From: Leucoraja erinacea
Lineage: Eukaryota
Length of the DNA stretch: 64,000 nt
NCBI RefSeq assembly: GCF_028641065.1
Contig: NC_073384.1
Span: 32,674,001 to 32,738,000, forward strand
Direction: 5' to 3'
Below, in pieces: positions 57,643-64,000 of this stretch. Positions within the stretch are counted from its first letter, which is position 1, and every line of letters begins with the position of its first letter. The notes beneath the pieces were generated by a model that saw only the letters and a list, made by a program, of their open reading frames with translations, was not told the DNA's origin and did not search any database. A program made the translations under genes and the position numbers.

Positions 57643-60600
57643 CTGAAAGAGAGGGAACACCGTTCGTTAGTGGCTCAAAGAATGAACAGTCCTGCAAATG
57701 GTGACATTTCTACATAAAAAAGGTCACAAAGTATTGGAATAACTCAGGTCAGGCAGCATCTGTGGAGAACATGGATAGATGATGTTAGGAGCTTTCTTTA
57801 GACTGAAGGTGGGGGAGAGAAAGAAAGCTTTCCGAGAGCAGGGCAGGACAAAGCCTGGCAAGAGATAGGTAGATACAGGTGAAGGGGAGTGGGGGACTTT
57901 GACAGGCAGATGGTTGGACAAAGGCCAGAGATGAAAAGGCAAAAACGTGTGAGATTGGATGGAAGAGGTGAGGATTGTGAAGCCAGAAGAAGGAATGGGG
58001 AGGAGATCATTTGTTTGGAAGACAGCTTTTGAATTTTCATATAACACAGTTACTAAAATATAGACTGACCAGAGATTTGAAATGTTTAACTAATTAAGCT
58101 TTCTCTAGCCTCTAATTCATGGTTCTCCACAGATGCTGTCAAACCCGCTGACTTCCTCCAGCACTTTGTGTTTTAGGCAAGATTGTAGCATCTGCCGCAT
58201 CACATGTGTTGAAATTCATGTCTCCCCGGCAAAAATATTTACACACAGCAAAACATTCATACGTGAATTTCTTAATAAAGGTATTATGAAATGGCAGAAA
58301 AGTCACTGTCTGGTATATTTTTAGCTAGGAGGAAGTGTAGGAAGTGAATGCGAAAGTGGGATAACATAGAGCTTGTGTAAACGGGTGATCGATGGTCAGC
58401 GTGGACTTGGTGGGCCGTAGAACCTGTTTCCATGCTGTATCTCTAAACTAAACTAACTGCTGCAGTTGCATACTAAAGACTGCTTTTTAAAAAAAATGAT
58501 CTAACGGCAGAAAAATACTTCGGAACAACCAGAGTACATTAAGATATTACACAAGATATGATAAAGAGTAAATGGCCTTTTATAATGGATAACACACACT
58601 TGGGGGAATAGATATTGCAGGAATATTGTGGTTCGCTCACCTTAGAGGGGGACGATTCTGTTGGGGCTGACTCGGGCCGCCTGCGGGGTGGGATAGGAGG
58701 GGGCATGTGAGCTTCATCCACACTTTTATTGCAACTCATTATTGAGGAGATTGATGCCGATCCTGTGACATAAAAACACAATTCAGTTTTGCTAACATTA
58801 GCGTGCCGAGTACTATTAACATCACAGGGTTCAAGAGGCAAAGGAACAATTTGCAAAATTCAAAGCGGCTTGGAACACTCTTGTCAAGTAAATAAGCACT
58901 GCCTTCACTTCTTAATGCATGCATTGAAGTGTGCAATCTGGACCATGACCTGCAATATTGAACTGCAGAGGGTAAAAGCAGTTACAAACATGCAAATTGG
59001 TGATTAACACAGCAATATCTGAAATAAAATAAAGTATTAAAAGCATTAGTAAAAGCTTGGATCTGGGATCTCAGACAAGGCTTATCTCAATGTACCAATG
59101 AGAAGGTTATGTGTGTTACAATCTAAGACCCAAATGCTCTCCGTACATGTTGTAATGTATATATCAATACATTTTTCTATAATAGTAAATGAAAAAAATC
59201 AACTCTGACAAAGTTCTAATTCTAAATAGATGATTACCTTTCAATTATAATGCTTTTACATTTTTAAAGATGTGTTGGGAAAATCCTGATGCATATGGAA
59301 TTATAGGAATGAAGGGAAGCGAACATGTCTAATGTTCCAGCATGCATGCTGTCATCTATGTTAAAACAAAGCTGCTTTTTAGCATAAAAGTGTACATGAT
59401 CAGCTTGATAAAGCCGTGCTATGTATTAAATATGCAACATTAAAGCCCAATACTAACTTGTGCCATGGGCCAGTGAGACGGGGGAAAATATGGTATCAGT
59501 GCCTGTGGAAGAAAATAGAGACAAACTAAGGAAGGAACCAGGCTAAGCAGATCGGTTGAATTTTACCATTTGCAGGTTAGTGTTGTGTTCTTGATGTCCA
59601 CAGATGTTTGAATTTGGCACTGAAATCATTTGCTACAAACAGTATAATGGCACACATGAGATATTTAATGTTTAGTCTTGGTATATCTCAGCACTAAAAA
59701 AGAGAGATAACAGTAATATACTCCCCAAAACATGAGTGTTGAAAGGAAGAAAGTAACTCAAAGCCATACACCAGACCAACGCAGTCTAGAAGCACTGATA
59801 CTTTTTAAGTGGATTCCAAAATGGTTTGAGATTATTTGTCTTTTCCTTCATTGATTCCATCATATACCTAATTCCTAATGACAAAATATTGATTAAAAAA
59901 TTGCTCACTACTACAAATGCAGCGATTTGTTTTTAATTTATTGAATTTCATTTGTTTTTGGTGTAATTTAGTTTTTAGTTTTAATTAATTGAACGTTCTT
60001 TTATTTATTGTGTTATCAATGAGTACTGTGTTTACAGGCCAGGATCACCTGACTGAACAACCACAATATGTCAGGTTACAGAACTGTCTCGGACATGGTA
60101 GTGAGCAACACGGGGGCCCCCACAGGGGACGGTCCTCTCTCCCTTCCTGTTCACCTTCTACACTTGGACTTCAGATATAACTCGGGCTATTGCCACCTGC
60201 AGACGTTTTCAGATGACTCTGCAATTGTGGGCTGCATCAGTGAGGGGAAGAAAGCTGAATACACAGGTGTGGTCAACGACTTTGTTGAGTGGTGTGGGCT
60301 GAATCACCTGCAGCTCAACACTGACAAGACTAAGGAGTTAGTGGTGGACTTTAGGAGGAGAGGAACACCTCTGTCCCCCGTCTCCATCAATGGTGTGGAT
60401 GTGCAGTTTACTAAGGAGTACACATACCTTGGAGTTTACCTGGGCAGTAAACTGGACTGGTCCAGGAACCCTGAGGCCCTGAACAAGAAGTGTCAGAGCC
60501 GGCTGTACTTTTTGAGAAGGCTCCACTCCTTCAACGTCTGTAGCAAGATGCTGCAGATGTTCTACCAATCGGTGATAGCCAGTGCTGGGGCAGCAGGGTG

Positions 60601-62070
60601 AAGGCCGCGGACACCAACAGGATTAACAAACTCATCAGGAAGGCTGGCCCCGTCCTGGGGGCGGAGTTGGATTCATGGCTGATGATCTTGGAGGGGAGGA
60701 TGCTCCTCAACTGTGGAGCATCTTGGACAACACAACTCACCCCCTCCATGACACACTAGTCAACCTGAGGAGCACCTTCAGCAACAGACTGGTTCTACAA
60801 AGATGCAGTACAGAACACCACAAGAGATCCTTTCTCCCTGTGGCTATCAAACTCTACAACTCCTCCCCCTTTTGTCATGGACTAGACTGACTCCCCTCCC
60901 CAAATCTTTGCACATCCCCAATCCTTTCCACTCGTCACTTTAATTTCATATATCTTGTGTTTTATGACTGGTGGCAGATCAATTTCATTCCTGGGATAAA
61001 TAAAGCTCAATCGTATCGTATAATTGTGCTGCTACAAATAAAACTTTCATCGTTCTGTTTTCCATACATAAGAAAATTAAATATTCTTGATTCTTGGATT
61101 CACATTCTCAGTTTATGTGTACGGTAAATGTGTAAAATGTGTATACATTTGTTTTCAGAAACAAGGAACTGTAGATTGTAGTTTACTAAAGAAGACAAAG
61201 TACTGGAGTAACTCAGTGGGTCAGGCAGCATCTCTGGAGAACATGGATAGGTGACGTTTAGGGTCAGGATCAGACTGAAGAAGGGCGAGTTACTAATAGC
61301 AGGGTGACCAAAACGGAATACAGTACTTCAAGTGTGGCCACACCAATTTCTTTATCTGGCCTGTGCTCCCACTAATGGCCCTTATACATGGGTCTATGTG
61401 CATTCATTATCATTGTTATGAGATGTCTAAAATGGAATTGTGGAGTTATTAACTTGGAGTACCATGAGGGAAGGCATACATCCAAACACTTGCTACCCAG
61501 TTCAGTCCAGTTCTGGAAGAAGGAACACTATATTTCACAAGTCCGCCTGAACTAAATATGCACCCAGAGCAAAAAACATCATATCTGCTATTGGCTTCTA
61601 GCTTGTATATTGGGCAACTTCATTTCCCCGGTCAAAGCATGTAAAGAGGCCACATATTAATTAAGGAAACAGTCTCCAAAACATTTATGGCGTAATGGTC
61701 ATGGTAATCAGTCACTATTGCTATTCAGTTCCTAGCTACTTTCAGCAGCTTTGTTTTGAGGTTAAAAAGTAATTAAAGTTCACAGCGTACTTGAATTGAA
61801 CGGACTCGCTGGGTCAGAGTCGCCAAAGACACTGCAGACGTCTGTTGAGCTGGATGCTGCTGAAGCCGGTGGTGGGGTCAGGGGCGTGCGTGGGGAGTTT
61901 GGTGCCGACGCCGTGCTCTCAGCCTCATTCTCCGTGATGCGGCTGTAACTGATTTTACGCGGCTCCTGCAGGAGTGGCGTGGGATGCCCGCGCAGGGTGC
62001 CTGACCCCGGATGCCGAGGATTCGATGGACGGACTCCCGGAGACTTCAGCGTGTAATTAAACTTCTTTGC
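57151..62070 (-). CDS. SOS1: Son of sevenless homolog 1, C-terminal proline-rich region, partial: complement join(62070-61791,59502-59458,58762-58641,57642-57151); gene continues beyond the window
   Basis: Peptides match recalled human SOS1 C-terminus ([63 protein letters not shown]); GT-AG sites and phases consistent. Confidence 0.96.
58641..58762 (-). CDS. SOS1: SOS1 penultimate exon ([28 protein letters not shown])
   Basis: tcacAG / AAG|GTGAGC; 122 nt, phase 1-0. Confidence 0.95.
59458..59502 (-). CDS. SOS1: SOS1 45-nt exon ([15 protein letters not shown])
   Basis: ttttcttccacAG / A|GTTAGT; matches the recalled human 15-aa segment SNDTVFIQVTLPHGP in length and sequence. Confidence 0.85.
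60040..61021 (+). mobile_element. Rex1/Babar LINE 3' fragment in a SOS1 intron
   Basis: [50 protein letters not shown]; (ATCGT)n tail. Confidence 0.88.
61791..62070 (-). CDS. SOS1: SOS1 exon ([19 protein letters not shown]...[17 protein letters not shown])
   Basis: gttttAG / A|GTACGC; 280 nt; [10 protein letters not shown] and [16 protein letters not shown] conserved. Confidence 0.95.
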
Positions 62071-64000
62071 CTAAAACACAGTTCAATGGAAAGATGGTAA
62101 AATTAAGTCTCATCCCGAATGGAGAATTGCAATAAGCTAAAGGGTCTAACAATCAGCAATTCTGGATGGACTAGGAACCTTAAACGGAAAAAGTAAAATA
62201 TAAATATAGAACATAGAGTACAGTACAGCACACGAGCAGGCCCTTCAGCCCACAATATCTTTGCCGAACACCATACCAAGTTAAACTAATCTGCTCTGCC
62301 TGCACACAATCCATATCCCTGAATATCCATGTGCTGATCTAAAAGCCTCTCAAACACCACCACCACCACACCTGGCAGCAGCTGCAAACACCCACCACCT
62401 TCTGTGAGCTCTATAAACAGACCTTGCAGCTGACAGCTCTATAAATCCATTAAAAAAATCCCAATGAATGATCTCCCACTTTCTGAGAAGTTTGTAGCTC
62501 AAGTCAGAATGGACACTTGAATCCGATGCCTCACTGTCTACCGTCATGAATTACAGAAAATTTAGTGAGTCCCGACCGGAAACATCACCTATCCACATTC
62601 ACCAGAAATGCTGCCTGACCTGCGAAGCTACTCCAGCACTTTGTATATTTGTGGTATTATCTGAAATTCACGCATCAGCGAGTTCTTCATGATCCCAGGA
62701 AAACCAAAGATAAAATTAAAATACAAACTATTTTGTAAATTTAAGAGGCCAGAACTCTACATGTTTGTTGATTAATGATTACCCACGTGATGGATAACGG
62801 ATATAAGATTTGTTACAAATACTTTACGAGATGGGCAAAAGGAATTGTCGAGTTATTAACTCGCAGTACCATGAGGCGGTGTGTGCATCCAAACGCTTGT
62901 TATCCAGTTAACTTCGATAAAAAAGTTGTTGCAAATACCCTTTTTACAGAACATAGAACAGTACAGTAGAAGAACAACCTCTTCGGCCCACAATGTCTGT
63001 GCCAAACATGATGTTAAGACAATCACTTTGTTACCTGCACATAATCCATATCCCAACATTCACTGTATATTTATTCCAACCAAAAGTCTTTTAAAATGTC
63101 ACTATCGCATCTGCCTCCACCACCACCCCCGATAGCATGTTCCCGACACTCACAAACTTCTGTGTGAAAAACTTGTCCCGCACAACTCCTTTAAATGTTT
63201 CCCCTCTCACTTTAAAGCTCTGCCCTCGAGTATTTGAATTTTCCATCCTGGGAAAAAGGTTCTGTCCGTCCACCCTTTCTATGCCTCTCATAATTTTTTA
63301 TATTTCGATCATTCTCCCCACAACCTCCGGCACTGCAGAATAAAACAATCTAAATCTGTCTAACCTCTCCTTGTAGCCAATACCTCTAATACTTATCTTT
63401 CTGACAATTCTAGACTATTATGTCTGCTTTCTAATGTTTCACCAGTACTTTAAAATATATTAAGTAAGATACCCCTTTTCCATAAAGGCCTTAAAGTGAA
63501 GTCGCGTAATGCCACATGTGACAATAATAAACCAATACCAATCAACTTGAAACTTGAACACCACCTGTGAAGCTGACAATTGTTGCTCTTGCACTTAAAT
63601 TGAGTGTCACAATTCTCGTATTGTTTTAATGCCAAAACATTCAGCATGGGAGAATCTCTAGGCTTCATCCTCCGAATTATTGCCCCTTATCAAATCCAAT
63701 TTCTCCACTGTTCTCCTTAACTTTAATGTTGGTAATATTCAGTAAAGACAAAAGATTCATAAGGTGCCTGAGCCACACTTTTTCTCCATAAGAAAATCTT
63801 TCTCCATTCTTAATCAGTTTCATCCACTAGAATCATACGACGCGGAAATATCCTTTCGGCCCAACTGGACCTTCAGTCAACCAAGATGTCCCATCTACAC
63901 TAATTCCACCTGCTCACATTTGACCCATATTCCTCTAAACCTTTCCTACCCATGTCCCTGTCCAAATGCCTTTTAAATATAGATATATAGTACCTGCCTC

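Overview
Eukaryotic genomic DNA, most likely from a cartilaginous fish. The dense HE1/V-SINE-type SINEs plus CR1, Rex1/Babar, L2, L1/Tx1 and Penelope-derived repeats fit an elasmobranch, probably a skate or ray (inference). Three spliced genes were reconstructed by hand, in the same order as the human MORN2-ARHGEF33-SOS1 block: complete MORN2 (+, 6 coding exons, 146 aa), ARHGEF33 (+, 14 coding exons, about 834 aa if one frameshift is corrected) and the last four coding exons plus a long 3' UTR of SOS1 (-). Most ORF-track entries are transposon fragments or noise. Main observations: (1) a Tx1-clade non-LTR retrotransposon whose 5' end, inside a perfect 16-bp target-site duplication, is the first 56 nt of U1 snRNA with structure-preserving substitutions; inserted antisense, it places a perfect 5' splice site in an ARHGEF33 intron. 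(2) Many Penelope-derived, often fold-back, short elements carry a minimal hammerhead-ribozyme core. (3) ARHGEF33 shows apparent coding lesions (decay or assembly error). Gene and family identifications rest on recalled homolog sequences, not on database searches.
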